This document shows, piece after piece, positions 1 to 8,049 of a stretch of 32,000 nt of DNA; positions within the stretch are counted from its first letter, which is position 1; every line of letters begins with the position of its first letter. The notes beneath the pieces were generated by a model that ran no database searches, was not told the DNA's origin, and worked only from the letters and a program-made list of their open reading frames with translations. The stretch spans positions 26,850-58,849 of the forward strand of contig NZ_BMSA01000020.1 of NCBI RefSeq assembly GCF_014648915.1, read 5' to 3'. This DNA is from Streptomyces phaeofaciens (GTDB lineage Bacteria; Actinomycetota; Actinomycetes; Streptomycetales; Streptomycetaceae). The position numbers and the translations under genes were made by a program.

Positions 1-743
1 CGGTCCAGCAGGTACTGGAGGGGCTCGGTGGTCCAGGGGCCGCGGTGCGCGATCAGTGCGCCGGCATGGCGGCCGAGATCCGCTCCGCTCAGCCAGGCCG
101 GACTGTCCACGCCGATGGCCGCGCGGGGGCGGGTGCGGATGCGGCCGATGACGAGTTCGTAGATCCGCGGGCCCGCGCCGTCGAGTTCGGCGGTCAGGGT
201 GCGCAGCAGGGACTTCTTGGCCGCGTTGGTGGCGCCGACGAGGGCGGCGCCCGGGAACGCGATCTCCGCGCTGAGGCCGGTGAGATGGACGAGGGCGCCG
301 TCCGCGGGGAGCAGCGGGGTGACGACCCTCAGCGCCCGGAAGTGGCTGGTGAGATTGTCGGCGATCATGGCGTCCCAGACCTCGTCGGACACGTCCAGCA
401 AAGACGTCGGGTCCGGCGGGCCCCAGTTGCCGATGGAAAGTACGGCTCCGTCGAACTTCCCGTGCCGGTCCGCGAGTCGGGTGCGCACGGCCGCGCTGTC
501 CGGGTCGGAGAGGTCGATGGCGTGCGGACGCAGATCCCCCGGGCCGGTGCCGGCCGTGTAGTCGGCGAGGCGGTTCAGCCGGGCCTCGCTGCGGCCGGCC
601 GCGACCACGGTGGCGCCCAGTTCCAGCAGTGCGCGGGTGATCCCCTCCCCTATGCCCCCGCTCGCGCCGACGACGAGAACGGTGCGTCCCAGGAGGAAGG
701 GTTCGTCGAGCGGTTCCTCGACAGGTGATGAACTACTGGTCAT
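1..743 (-). CDS. SDR-family oxidoreductase (3' end runs off the window)
   Basis: Own minus-strand translation from the ATG at 743 gives MTSSSSPVEEPLDEPFLLGRTVLVVGASGGIGEGITRALLELGATVVAAGR.... This carries the Rossmann GxSGGIG dinucleotide motif. The frame stays open to base 1, so it is absent from the ORF track. It lies divergent to a TetR gene 37 bp away. Confidence 0.8.
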   Translation of the reverse strand, partial: MTSSSSPVEEPLDEPFLLGRTVLVVGASGGIGEGITRALLELGATVVAAGRSEARLNRLADYTAGTGPGDLRPHAIDLSDPDSAAVRTRLADRHGKFDGAVLSIGNWGPPDPTSLLDVSDEVWDAMIADNLTSHFRALRVVTPLLPADGALVHLTGLSAEIAFPGAALVGATNAAKKSLLRTLTAELDGAGPRIYELVIGRIRTRPRAAIGVDSPAWLSGADLGRHAGALIAHRGPWTTEPLQYLLD

Positions 744-780
744 TTCGAGGAGGTTAGCCACCGTCCGCACTGATGACCAG

Positions 781-1419
781 ATGGACATTAAGCCGCTGTA
801 CATTGGCCGCGTGAGCAAGGAAGCCGCCGACGTCCCGACCCTGGCCAGGAAGCGCGTGCGGGCCCCCGAGGCGCACCGGGCGGCGATCCTGGAGGCGGCG
901 CGGGCCACGTTCGCCGAACGGGGCTACGCCCGGGCCACCATCCGGGAGATCGCGGGCCGGGCCGGGGTCACCCACGGCCTGGTCATGCGGCACTTCGGGT
1001 CCAAGGAGCAGCTGTTTCTCGCGGCCGTGCCCGGACCCCGCGACCTGCCCGAGCTGGTGCCCGGCCCGGCCGAGACCCTGCCGGACCGGATCGCGCGGGC
1101 CTTCGTCGAGCGCATGGAACGCGCCGACGGCAACGACCCGTTCCTCGCGCTGATCCGCAGTGCCGCCTCCGACGAGCGGGCCGCCACCGCGCTCTACGCG
1201 GCGATGCGGCGCAGCAGCACGCAGGCCTACCGGACCGTGCTGACCGGGCCCGACGCGGACGAGCGCATCGATCTGCTCGCCTCGCATCTCATCGGGGTCG
1301 CCTTCAGCCGGTATGTGCTGCGCAGCGGCCCCGTGGCCGAGATGGCACCGGAGCGGCTCGTGGCCTGGCTGACGCGTACGTTGCGGTGTGTCCTGCTGCC
1401 GTTCGAGGACGGGGCCTGA
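781..1419 (+). CDS. TetR/AcrR family transcriptional regulator
   Basis: Track ORF 610..1419. The N-terminal HTH reads HRAAILEAARATFAERGYARATIREIAGRAGVTHGLVMRHFGSKEQLF. Start trimmed to the ATG at 781; an in-frame GTG at 811 is an alternative. The part upstream of 781 overlaps the SDR gene. Confidence 0.85.
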   Translation: MDIKPLYIGRVSKEAADVPTLARKRVRAPEAHRAAILEAARATFAERGYARATIREIAGRAGVTHGLVMRHFGSKEQLFLAAVPGPRDLPELVPGPAETLPDRIARAFVERMERADGNDPFLALIRSAASDERAATALYAAMRRSSTQAYRTVLTGPDADERIDLLASHLIGVAFSRYVLRSGPVAEMAPERLVAWLTRTLRCVLLPFEDGA

Positions 1420-1448
1420 CACCCGCGGTCCGTCACGGCCGGCGGCGG

Positions 1449-2120
1449 TCAGGCTCCGCCCTGTGTACGGGCGCCGTCGAGCGCCGTCTCGTACGACGTG
1501 GCGGCCAGCTCCTTGAACTGGGCGAGCCGGGGCACGTGCGCCGACTTGGTCAGCTCCGCGTGCAGGAAGGTCAGGTCGGCGGCGAGACCGACCATGGCGA
1601 GGGCCGACTTCAGATACGGCTCCTGATGGTCGGAGTCCTGGCGGGGTGTGCCCGGACCGTAGGCGCCGCCTCGGGCGGAGGCCACCACGACCTTCTTCCC
1701 GGACAGGGGTCCCTCGCCGGTGGCCGGGTCGACGATCAGGGGGGCGATCAGGACACGGTCGAACCACGCCTTGAACGTGGACGGCACGGAGAAGTTGTAC
1801 ATCGGCACGCCGAGCAGGATCGTGTCGGCCGCGAGGAGTTCCTCGATCAGGGGCCAGGTCACCGCCCAACTCGCCTTCTCCTCGGCCGACCTGCCCGCGT
1901 CGCGGGCCACCGCGAGGTCGCGCACGCCTTCCGTCTCCAGGCGGTGCATCACCTCGATCTGGGCGTGGTCGACGTGCGGAACCGGGTCGGCGGCCAGGTC
2001 GCGGTGGACATGGGTGCCGTCGGGGTGGGCCTTGCGCCAGGCGTCCGCGAACTCGCCGGAGATCCGGCGGGAGACCGAGCCGCGTCGAGGGCTGGAGTCG
2101 AGGTGAAGGAGGGTGGGCAT
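1449..2120 (-). CDS. azoR: FMN-dependent NADH-azoreductase (AzoR/flavodoxin-like fold)
   Basis: Track ORF 1449..2336, trimmed to the internal ATG at 2120. The protein begins MPTLLHLDSSPRRGSVSRRISGEFADAW and contains LLGVPMYNFSVPSTFKAWFDRV, both typical of AzoR. Divergent to a LysR gene. Confidence 0.85.
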   Translation of the reverse strand: MPTLLHLDSSPRRGSVSRRISGEFADAWRKAHPDGTHVHRDLAADPVPHVDHAQIEVMHRLETEGVRDLAVARDAGRSAEEKASWAVTWPLIEELLAADTILLGVPMYNFSVPSTFKAWFDRVLIAPLIVDPATGEGPLSGKKVVVASARGGAYGPGTPRQDSDHQEPYLKSALAMVGLAADLTFLHAELTKSAHVPRLAQFKELAATSYETALDGARTQGGA

Positions 2121-2250
2121 GCGGAAGTCCTTGTCCTGATCGGCATGTCGGGCCGCGGAGAGCGTCAGCCGTGATCTCCATTGAAGGCGCCGCCCGGGAC
2201 GCTGTCCCGTAATCTGGCGTGATACTTCGTGACCGGACGCGTCAGCGGGA

Positions 2251-3198
2251 GTGACGGTGCTGGACGTACGGAAGCTGGTGCTGCTGCGCGAGGTGGGGGC
2301 GCGGGGGTCGATCGCCGCGGCCGCGCAGGCGCTCAACTACACGCGTTCCGCGGTCTCCCAGCAGTTGTCCGCACTGGAGGCCGAGACGGGCGTGGCACTC
2401 CTCGACCGGGGCAGCAAGCGGGCCGAACTCACGGCCGCGGGACGGTTGTTGGTGACGCACACCGAACGGGTTCTCGCCGAACTCGAAGCGGCTCAGGCGC
2501 AGTTGCTCGGGCGGGACGGCAGGGTGGTCGGCGAGCTGCGGGTCGGGGTGCCGTTGCACGAGGGTCCGGCGCTGCTGGTGCCGGCGCTGACCCGGCTGCG
2601 GGGGCGTCATCCGGAGCTGCGGATCACCCTGCACGGCGTGGCTCCCGACGAGGGCCGGCAGACGGTACGCCTCGGCCGGCTGGACGCGGTGCTGGCCGCC
2701 GGATACCCGCAGGTCCCCGAGGCGCGGGTGCCAGGGCTGTACGAGGAGGAACTGGTCAGCGACCGGATCCGCCTCGCGGTCCCGCCCGGCCATCACCTGG
2801 CCCGGGGTGACGGTCCACGGGACCTCGCCGATTTCGCGGAGGAACCGTGGCTGCTGGACCGGACGTCCCGGCTCGGGCGGCTGGCCCTGCACCTGTGCGC
2901 CGACGCCGGTTTCGTCCCCGACGTCGTGTCCGACATCGGCGACATGCAGGCCGTGTTCGGGCTGGTCTCCCTGGGCTGGGGCGTCGCGCTCGCCCCCGAC
3001 CTGGTACCCGACCGTCCGGGACACCCCGTCGCCCGCATCCCCCTGAAGGGCATCGGCCCCGTCCGCCACATCACCCTCGTCGTACGGGAGGGCACCCTGA
3101 ACAGCCCACCGGTGGCCGCCCTGCTGCCGGCCGTACGGGAGGCCGCCGACGAACTGCGGGCATCGGGCGCGGGGGAAGGCGGGGCACGGGGCGGGTAG
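2251..3198 (+). CDS. LysR family transcriptional regulator
   Basis: N-terminal wHTH LVLLREVGARGSIAAAAQALNYTRSAVSQQLSALEAETGVALLDR, followed by a LysR substrate-binding region. GTG start at 2251. Confidence 0.9.
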   Translation: MTVLDVRKLVLLREVGARGSIAAAAQALNYTRSAVSQQLSALEAETGVALLDRGSKRAELTAAGRLLVTHTERVLAELEAAQAQLLGRDGRVVGELRVGVPLHEGPALLVPALTRLRGRHPELRITLHGVAPDEGRQTVRLGRLDAVLAAGYPQVPEARVPGLYEEELVSDRIRLAVPPGHHLARGDGPRDLADFAEEPWLLDRTSRLGRLALHLCADAGFVPDVVSDIGDMQAVFGLVSLGWGVALAPDLVPDRPGHPVARIPLKGIGPVRHITLVVREGTLNSPPVAALLPAVREAADELRASGAGEGGARGG

Positions 3199-3261
3199 GG
3201 ACGGCCGCGCGGCGGCAGGGCTGCGGGCGAGGGTGGGGCCGGGGAACTGGGACGGCGCGAG

Positions 3262-3340
3262 GCGAGGACGGGGCCGGCCGTCTGTCGAGGCAGGCGGCAG
3301 GCGAGGACGGGGGCCGGCCACCTGTCAAGGCAGGCGGCAG
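3262..3340. repeat. Tandem direct repeat, 39 + 40 bp
   Basis: Copy 1 is gcgaggacggggccggccgtctgtcgaggcaggcggcag (3262-3300). Copy 2 is gcgaggacgggggccggccacctgtcaaggcaggcggcag (3301-3340). It sits in the convergent gap between the LysR and LLM genes. Confidence 0.85.
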
Positions 3341-3351
3341 GCCCGTCGTGG

Positions 3352-4275
3352 CTACGACAGCTGCGCCTGCACCTGGCCGGCGATCAGTTCCAGGTGGTCC
3401 AGATCGCTCAGGTCGAGCATCTGGAGGTAGAAGCGGGTGGAGCCGATCTCGGCGTAGCGGCCGATCTTCTCGACGACCTCGGCCGGGGTGCCGGCGAGAC
3501 CGTTGGTCTTGAGTTCGTCGACCTCGCGGCCGATCGCGGCGGCGCGGCGGGCGACCTCCCGGTCGTCCTTGCCGACGCAGACGACGAGGGCGTTGGAGTA
3601 GGTGAGGGCGTCGGCCGCGCGGCCGGCCTCCTGTGCGGCGGCGCGGACCCGGCCGAACTGGGCGGCGGTGTCCTCGACGGAGGAGAAGGGCATGTTGAAC
3701 TCGTCGGCGTAGCGGGCGGCGAGCCTGGGCGTGCGGCTCGCGCCGTGGCCGCCGATCAGTACGGGGATCTTCTCCTGCGCGGGCTTGGGCAGCGCGGGCG
3801 AGTCCTTGAGCCGGTAGTGCGCGCCCTCGAAGTCGAACGTCTTGCCGACCTCCGTGCCCCACAGGCCGGTGACGATCGCCAGCTGCTCCTCGAGGCGGCC
3901 GAACTTCTCCTTCGGGAACGGGATGCCGTAGGCCGTGTGCTCTTCCTCGAACCAGCCCGCGCCCAGGCCGAGTTCGACGCGGCCGCCGGACATCTGGTCC
4001 ACCTGCGCGACCTGGATGGCGAGGACGCCGGGCAGCCGGAAGGTGCCGGCGGTCATCAGGGTGCCGAGACGGATCCGGCTGGTCTCGCGGGCGAGGCCGG
4101 CGAGGGTGATCCAGGCGTCGGTCGGACCGGGGAGGCCGTCGGCGGAGCCCATCCTGAGGTAATGGTCCGAGCGGAAGAAGGCGTCGAAGCCCAGGTCTTC
4201 GGTGGCCTTCGCCACGGTGAGGAGGGTCTCGTAGTCGGCACCCTGCTGGGGCTCGGTGAAGATACGGAGGTCCAT
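3352..4275 (-). CDS. LLM-class (luciferase-like) F420-dependent oxidoreductase
   Basis: Track ORF 3352..4473, trimmed to the ATG at 4275 with aggatggggg upstream as RBS. Sequence MDLRIFTEPQQGADYETLLTVAKATEDLGFDAFFRSDHY...GRVELGLGAGWFEEEHTAYGIPF is a typical LLM TIM-barrel. Confidence 0.88.
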   Translation of the reverse strand: MDLRIFTEPQQGADYETLLTVAKATEDLGFDAFFRSDHYLRMGSADGLPGPTDAWITLAGLARETSRIRLGTLMTAGTFRLPGVLAIQVAQVDQMSGGRVELGLGAGWFEEEHTAYGIPFPKEKFGRLEEQLAIVTGLWGTEVGKTFDFEGAHYRLKDSPALPKPAQEKIPVLIGGHGASRTPRLAARYADEFNMPFSSVEDTAAQFGRVRAAAQEAGRAADALTYSNALVVCVGKDDREVARRAAAIGREVDELKTNGLAGTPAEVVEKIGRYAEIGSTRFYLQMLDLSDLDHLELIAGQVQAQLS

Positions 4276-4514
4276 GCCCCCATCCTGCACGCCGGCCTCC
4301 CCGCCAACGGCACCGGTCCCCCGGGCCGGGTGTGGCCCCGGTCGGGTGAAAAAGGTCCTCGCCGGGCGCGGGGAGCCGCCCGCCCCAGTGACCCGCCCCT
4401 GCGGTGATCGTTGGCCGGGACGGAGCCGGACCACCCGGCACCCGACCCCGGCCGGCCAGCGCCGGGACGTCACCCGCAGAGGCCTCGTCAGGGGCCCGGT
4501 CCGAGGAGGCCGTC

Positions 4515-4697
4515 ATGTCCGAAGAGACCGTGCCACCACAGGGCGGGAGCCCCGCGCCGGCACTGCCGAAGGGGCTCCTCCAGCAGATGGAGGAGCTGAT
4601 GGCGGCGCTGAACGCGGACCTCACCGCGCTGGACGCGGATCTCCAGTCGGCGGGAAGCGCGAAGCGGCCGCGGGCCGCCGAGGGTGACGTGGGCTGA
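4515..4697 (+). CDS. Small hypothetical protein (60 aa, predicted helical)
   Basis: ATG at 4515 is preceded by gaggagg (4503-4509). Third codon positions are mostly G/C. Sequence: MSEETVPPQGGSPAPALPKGLLQQMEELMAALNADLTALDADLQSAGSAKRPRAAEGDVG. No family recognised. Confidence 0.55.
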   Translation: MSEETVPPQGGSPAPALPKGLLQQMEELMAALNADLTALDADLQSAGSAKRPRAAEGDVG

Positions 4698-4779
4698 GCC
4701 CCACCACGCCGGACTCCGCGGCCCCTGGCGCCGCCCCGACGCCACCTCGCTGCCCACGCACCGCCCACGCACCGCGCAC

Positions 4780-5250
4780 TTACCGCTCCGGCAGCACCCT
4801 CTCCCGTTCCTCCCGGACCGCCAGCTTGCGCAGCATCTCCAGGACGCGGTCCCGGGACTCGTCCGCCGCGTCGATGGCCTCCATGCACTGCCAGTACGTC
4901 CCCTCGTCGGCCGCGGCGCTCGCCACTCCCACGAGGGCGATGCCGACCTCGGCGAGCAGGACGCCCAGGTCGAGCAGGGCCCGGCGGGCGTCGTCGAGGG
5001 CGGTGAGCTGGGCGGCGCGCAGATCCCCGGGATCGAGATCCGGCGCGTCCAGCACCCCGCAGCCCCGGCCGGCCAGCTCGGTCAGGCCCAGGGCCTCGCC
5101 GCGCAGTTCGGGCGGGCCCGAGACGGCGAGCCGGCTGCCTATCGCCTGCGCCAGGGCCTGCGCCTGCCACACCTCCGCGAGGATCGTCCGTCCTTCGCCG
5201 CTGTCCGCCAGCGCGCGCCTGCTCGTCAGGATGAGCCGCACCGCATCCAT
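4780..5250 (-). CDS. Hypothetical protein (156 aa), actinomycete-type, unknown function
   Basis: Track ORF 4780..5307, trimmed to the ATG at 5250 (MDAVRLILTSRRALADSGEGR...). It has a coding-like composition, unlike the R/P/G-rich shadow frames around it. No motif recognised. Confidence 0.6.
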   Translation of the reverse strand: MDAVRLILTSRRALADSGEGRTILAEVWQAQALAQAIGSRLAVSGPPELRGEALGLTELAGRGCGVLDAPDLDPGDLRAAQLTALDDARRALLDLGVLLAEVGIALVGVASAAADEGTYWQCMEAIDAADESRDRVLEMLRKLAVREERERVLPER

Positions 5251-5490
5251 GCGCCGCCCCCGTCTGTCCCGGCGTGCTCTCGCACGTCCGCCCGAGCCCC
5301 CTGGCACACACAGGGAGCATCCACTACCCAGAGTGAGGGCGTGTGGGACGAAAAGCCAGAGGAAGACGGAAATCTGTGGACAACAAATCGGTTTCGGACC
5401 GATGAACGACTCCGGAGAGTGAAAACGGATCGCATCACTCCCCCGGCGCCCGCCGAACTCGTAGCCTGCGCCCGCCGAACCGGTGGTGGT

Positions 5491-5817
5491 CTACGGGGCC
5501 GGGAACCTCCGCTCGTTGCGGTCGATCTTCGCGTCCAGGGCCGCCAGCGGATCCACGCCGAGGACCTCGCACAGTTGCAGCAGATAGGCGAGGACGTCGG
5601 CGACCTCGTCGCTCACCCGGTGCGCGCTCTCCGGGTCGTCCATGACGCGCGCCGATTCCTCCGGCGTCAGCCACTGGAAGATCTCGACCAGCTCGGAGGC
5701 CTCCACGCTGAGCGCGGCGGCGAGGTTCTTGGGGGTGTGGTACGGCTGCCAGTTGCGCGCGGCCGCGAACTCGGCCAGCCGGCGCTGGAGTTTCGCCACG
5801 TCGAGGTGTTCTGTCAC
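5491..5817 (-). CDS. MazG-like all-alpha nucleotide pyrophosphohydrolase (DCTPP1/YpjD-like)
   Basis: GTG start at 5817 overlaps the upstream stop as GTGA. Sequence begins (V)TEHLDVAKLQRRLAEFAAARNWQPYHTPKNLAAALSVEASELVEIFQW and carries the metal-binding pairs EASE (ExxE) and EVAD (ExxD). Confidence 0.85.
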   Translation of the reverse strand: MTEHLDVAKLQRRLAEFAAARNWQPYHTPKNLAAALSVEASELVEIFQWLTPEESARVMDDPESAHRVSDEVADVLAYLLQLCEVLGVDPLAALDAKIDRNERRFPAP

Positions 5818-7064
5818 GGATCCAGGTGTACCACCGTCACGCCGCGGGTCCGGGCGGCCCAGGAGGCGTCGCCGACCGCGCCGGTGCAGCGGATGTGTCC
5901 GCGCTCGGCCATCCGCACGGCCAGCCGCAGCAGTTCGGCGTGCTGGCGGACGTCGAGGCCCCGGTCGAGGTTGTCGGCGAGGAGGGTGAGCGTCTGCATC
6001 GCGGACGGCACCTCGCCGGCCGTGTCCAGGTCGAGGACGCCGGGGCCGGTGAGCAGGACCAGCGCGAGGGCGACGTAGCGCAGTTCGCCGTAGCCGAGCC
6101 GGGCCAGTTCCGTGCGGGTGCCGTCGCCGCGGTCGAGGAGGGCGCGGACCGTTCCGTCGCCGAGCGGCACGGCGAGCAGGTCCGTGACGGGCCGGGAGCA
6201 GCCGGCGGCGAGTGCGCCCACGAGCTGTGCGTGCCGCCGTACGCACTCCTCGCGGGTGCGCCAGAGTACGTCGGCGAGGTTGTCGCAGCCGCCGAGCAGC
6301 CGTCCGGTGCCGGTGGGCACCGGGGCGCCCATCCAGTCGGGCTGGGGGTCGCAGGCGAAGACGGAGCGCAGGGCCACCACCATCTGTTCGGCGGCGGCGA
6401 GCACCCGGCGCTGTCCGTCGGTCTTGCCGGCCACGCGCAGCGGCAGCAGTGCGGTGCCGAGCCGGTCGTCGGGGAGCGGGGCGCGGGTGACGGGCGCGGA
6501 TCCGGCGGTGTGCCAGGCGGCCTGCACCGTACGCCGCCCCGGGTCGCGCAGGGCGGTCTCCAGCAGGACGACGCCGCCCGCGCTCAGCCGCTCCCCCACG
6601 ACGCGCAGCTCGGGTTCGGCCTGTACGGCGACGTCGAGCCGGACCGGCCCCTCGGGTCCGTCGGCCGTACAGCCGATGCGGAAGCCGCGGCGCCGCTGGG
6701 CGTCGGGGCGGGCCCGCTCCGGCACACAGGCGACGGGGTCGGGGAACACCTCACCGAGCGGTGCGCCACCGCCGAGCCGGGCGAGCGCCTCGTAGGCCCG
6801 CAGGGCGGTGGTCTTGCCACTCCCGCTCCGCCCGGCGAACAAGGTCACCGTGCCGAGCGGGAACGCCGCCCGACGGTGCCCGGCGAAGGCGGAGAGCCGC
6901 AGTTCGGTGAGGCAGGGGCGGAGGTGCTGCTCGGGGGCCGGGTCGGGCGGGGCGGCCGACGGTGACGCCTGGGCGGGCACCCGGGCGGGTGCCATGGACG
7001 GCGTCGGGTCGGGGGACGCGGCGCGGGCTGCCGAGGAGGCGGGCGACGGGGGCGGCACGGACAT
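5814..7064 (-). CDS. ABC/SMC-like P-loop ATPase (AAA_15/21-type) with a P/A/S-rich N-terminal tail
   Basis: Shows the RecF/SMC-type N-terminal pattern LTELRLSAFAGHRRAAFPLGTVTLFAGRSGSGKTTAL, including Walker A GRSGSGKT. Signature-like LGYGELRYVALAL is present. The Walker B-like segment TLTLLADNLDRGLDVRQH has D-N where D-E is expected. Confidence 0.8.
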   Translation of the reverse strand: MSVPPPSPASSAARAASPDPTPSMAPARVPAQASPSAAPPDPAPEQHLRPCLTELRLSAFAGHRRAAFPLGTVTLFAGRSGSGKTTALRAYEALARLGGGAPLGEVFPDPVACVPERARPDAQRRRGFRIGCTADGPEGPVRLDVAVQAEPELRVVGERLSAGGVVLLETALRDPGRRTVQAAWHTAGSAPVTRAPLPDDRLGTALLPLRVAGKTDGQRRVLAAAEQMVVALRSVFACDPQPDWMGAPVPTGTGRLLGGCDNLADVLWRTREECVRRHAQLVGALAAGCSRPVTDLLAVPLGDGTVRALLDRGDGTRTELARLGYGELRYVALALVLLTGPGVLDLDTAGEVPSAMQTLTLLADNLDRGLDVRQHAELLRLAVRMAERGHIRCTGAVGDASWAARTRGVTVVHLDP

Positions 7065-7152
7065 ATCCGGACCGTAGGACTCCGGGCGACTGCCGAACCG
7101 TTCCGCCCGCCCGGCTTCCTACGATCGGGCGACGCCGGGACGAATACGGCCA

Positions 7153-7318
7153 CCTTCACCCCGTCCGGGAAGGACGCGGCTCACCTTCACACCGTCCGGG
7201 ACGGACACGGCCGCCTTCACACCGCCCGGGACGGATGCGCGACCCGCCTTCACCCCGCCCGGGACGGACGCGGCCCGCCTTCACCCCTTCCGGGCTCGAA
7301 ACCCGGCCGCGTCCGTCA
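7153..7318. repeat. Array of five ~31-bp tandem repeats (periods 31/30/33/31; last unit degenerate)
   Basis: ccttcac recurs at 7153, 7184, 7214, 7247 and 7278. Each occurrence is followed by c(c/a)ccg(t/c)ccggga(c/a)gga(c/t)(g/a)cg, containing the small palindrome gtcc-g-ggac. A partial unit precedes at about 7131. The array lies between the SepF-like stop (7333) and the ATPase start (7064). Confidence 0.85.
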
Positions 7319-7332
7319 GGCCCGAGTCCCCG

Positions 7333-7713
7333 TCAGACCCCCGCCCCTGCCATGATCCCGCTCACCTCGGTGCCCGGCGGGGTCAGCAGGAAGACGTTGC
7401 GGTCCACGCGGTGCATTCCGCTCGCGAGGCCGAAGACCACGCCGGTGGAGAAGTCGAGGACGCGCTTGGCGACCTCGGTCTCCGCGCCGGTGAGGTCGAG
7501 GAGGACCGGGATGCCTGCCATCAGGGTCTCGGCGACCTCGCGGGCGTCCGCGAAGATGTTGACCCGCATGACGACGAAGCGGCGACGGGTCTCCGTCTCC
7601 GCGTCGGGCAGCGCGCGATGGCCCACCGCCGACGGCCAGGCGTCCCGACCACGCAACGGAACGACCTGGGCGAGCCCCTCCCACTGTTCATCGGTGACGT
7701 CGTATCGGTTCAC
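7333..7713 (-). CDS. sepF: SepF-family (DUF552) cell-division protein paralog, short form
   Basis: Core sequence is FVVMRVNIFADAREVAETLMAGIPVLLDLTGAETEVAKRVLDFSTGVVFGLASGMHRVDRNVFLLTPPG. GTG start at 7713 has gggggag as RBS. The track ORF extends to 7758. Confidence 0.8.
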   Translation of the reverse strand: MNRYDVTDEQWEGLAQVVPLRGRDAWPSAVGHRALPDAETETRRRFVVMRVNIFADAREVAETLMAGIPVLLDLTGAETEVAKRVLDFSTGVVFGLASGMHRVDRNVFLLTPPGTEVSGIMAGAGV

Positions 7714-7973
7714 CGGCTCCCCCCGAATTGACTCGCACTCAATGCCTGCACTGGCCAATTCTTACGCCAAGTCACCCGTTCGGCCCAACAGCGACACGGA
7801 CCGCGACCGTCACACCCGCCCCGAACGGGACTTCTCGCCCGCCTCGCGAAGGTACTCATCACCTGCGGTGACATCAGCTTCGCCGACTGCGACCAGGGAC
7901 CCGGCCCTCCGTGGCGCGGGCACGCTCGCCGCCGTCAGCCTCTTCACCGGCGGGCGACCGCCCCGACAGAAGC

Positions 7974-8002
7974 GGCGAGCCACCGGATCCCGGTGGCTCG
8001 CC
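7974..8002 (-). terminator. Perfect 13-bp GC-rich hairpin downstream of yceI
   Basis: ggcgagccaccgg-atc-ccggtggctcgcc. On the minus strand it is followed by gcttctgtc, a weak U tract. Confidence 0.5.
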
Positions 8003-8049
8003 GGCCATGCCGTCACGTGCCGTGCTGTCAGGCGACCGTCGCCGCGCCG

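Noticed and set aside
3071-5320. 749-aa minus-strand ORF, and similar long ORFs at 754..2181(-), 4684..6078(+) and 5826..6965(+)
   Set aside because: They consist of arginine/proline/glycine-rich nonsense spanning several real genes and intergenic gaps. Each is out of frame or antisense to genes with clear family motifs.
7131-7318. Possible CRISPR array (also considered for 9361-9477 and 16239-16338)
   Set aside because: The repeat units are contiguous or nearly so, with no unique spacers of spacer-like length. Units are 13-33 bp and degenerate. No cas genes are present in the window.
7810-8016. 68-aa minus-strand ORF in the 336-bp gap between yceI and the sepF-like gene
   Set aside because: There is no RBS. 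Many third positions are A/T in its 3' part, unlike real genes here. It overlaps the yceI terminator hairpin and has no recognisable motif. A small RNA or leader cannot be excluded.
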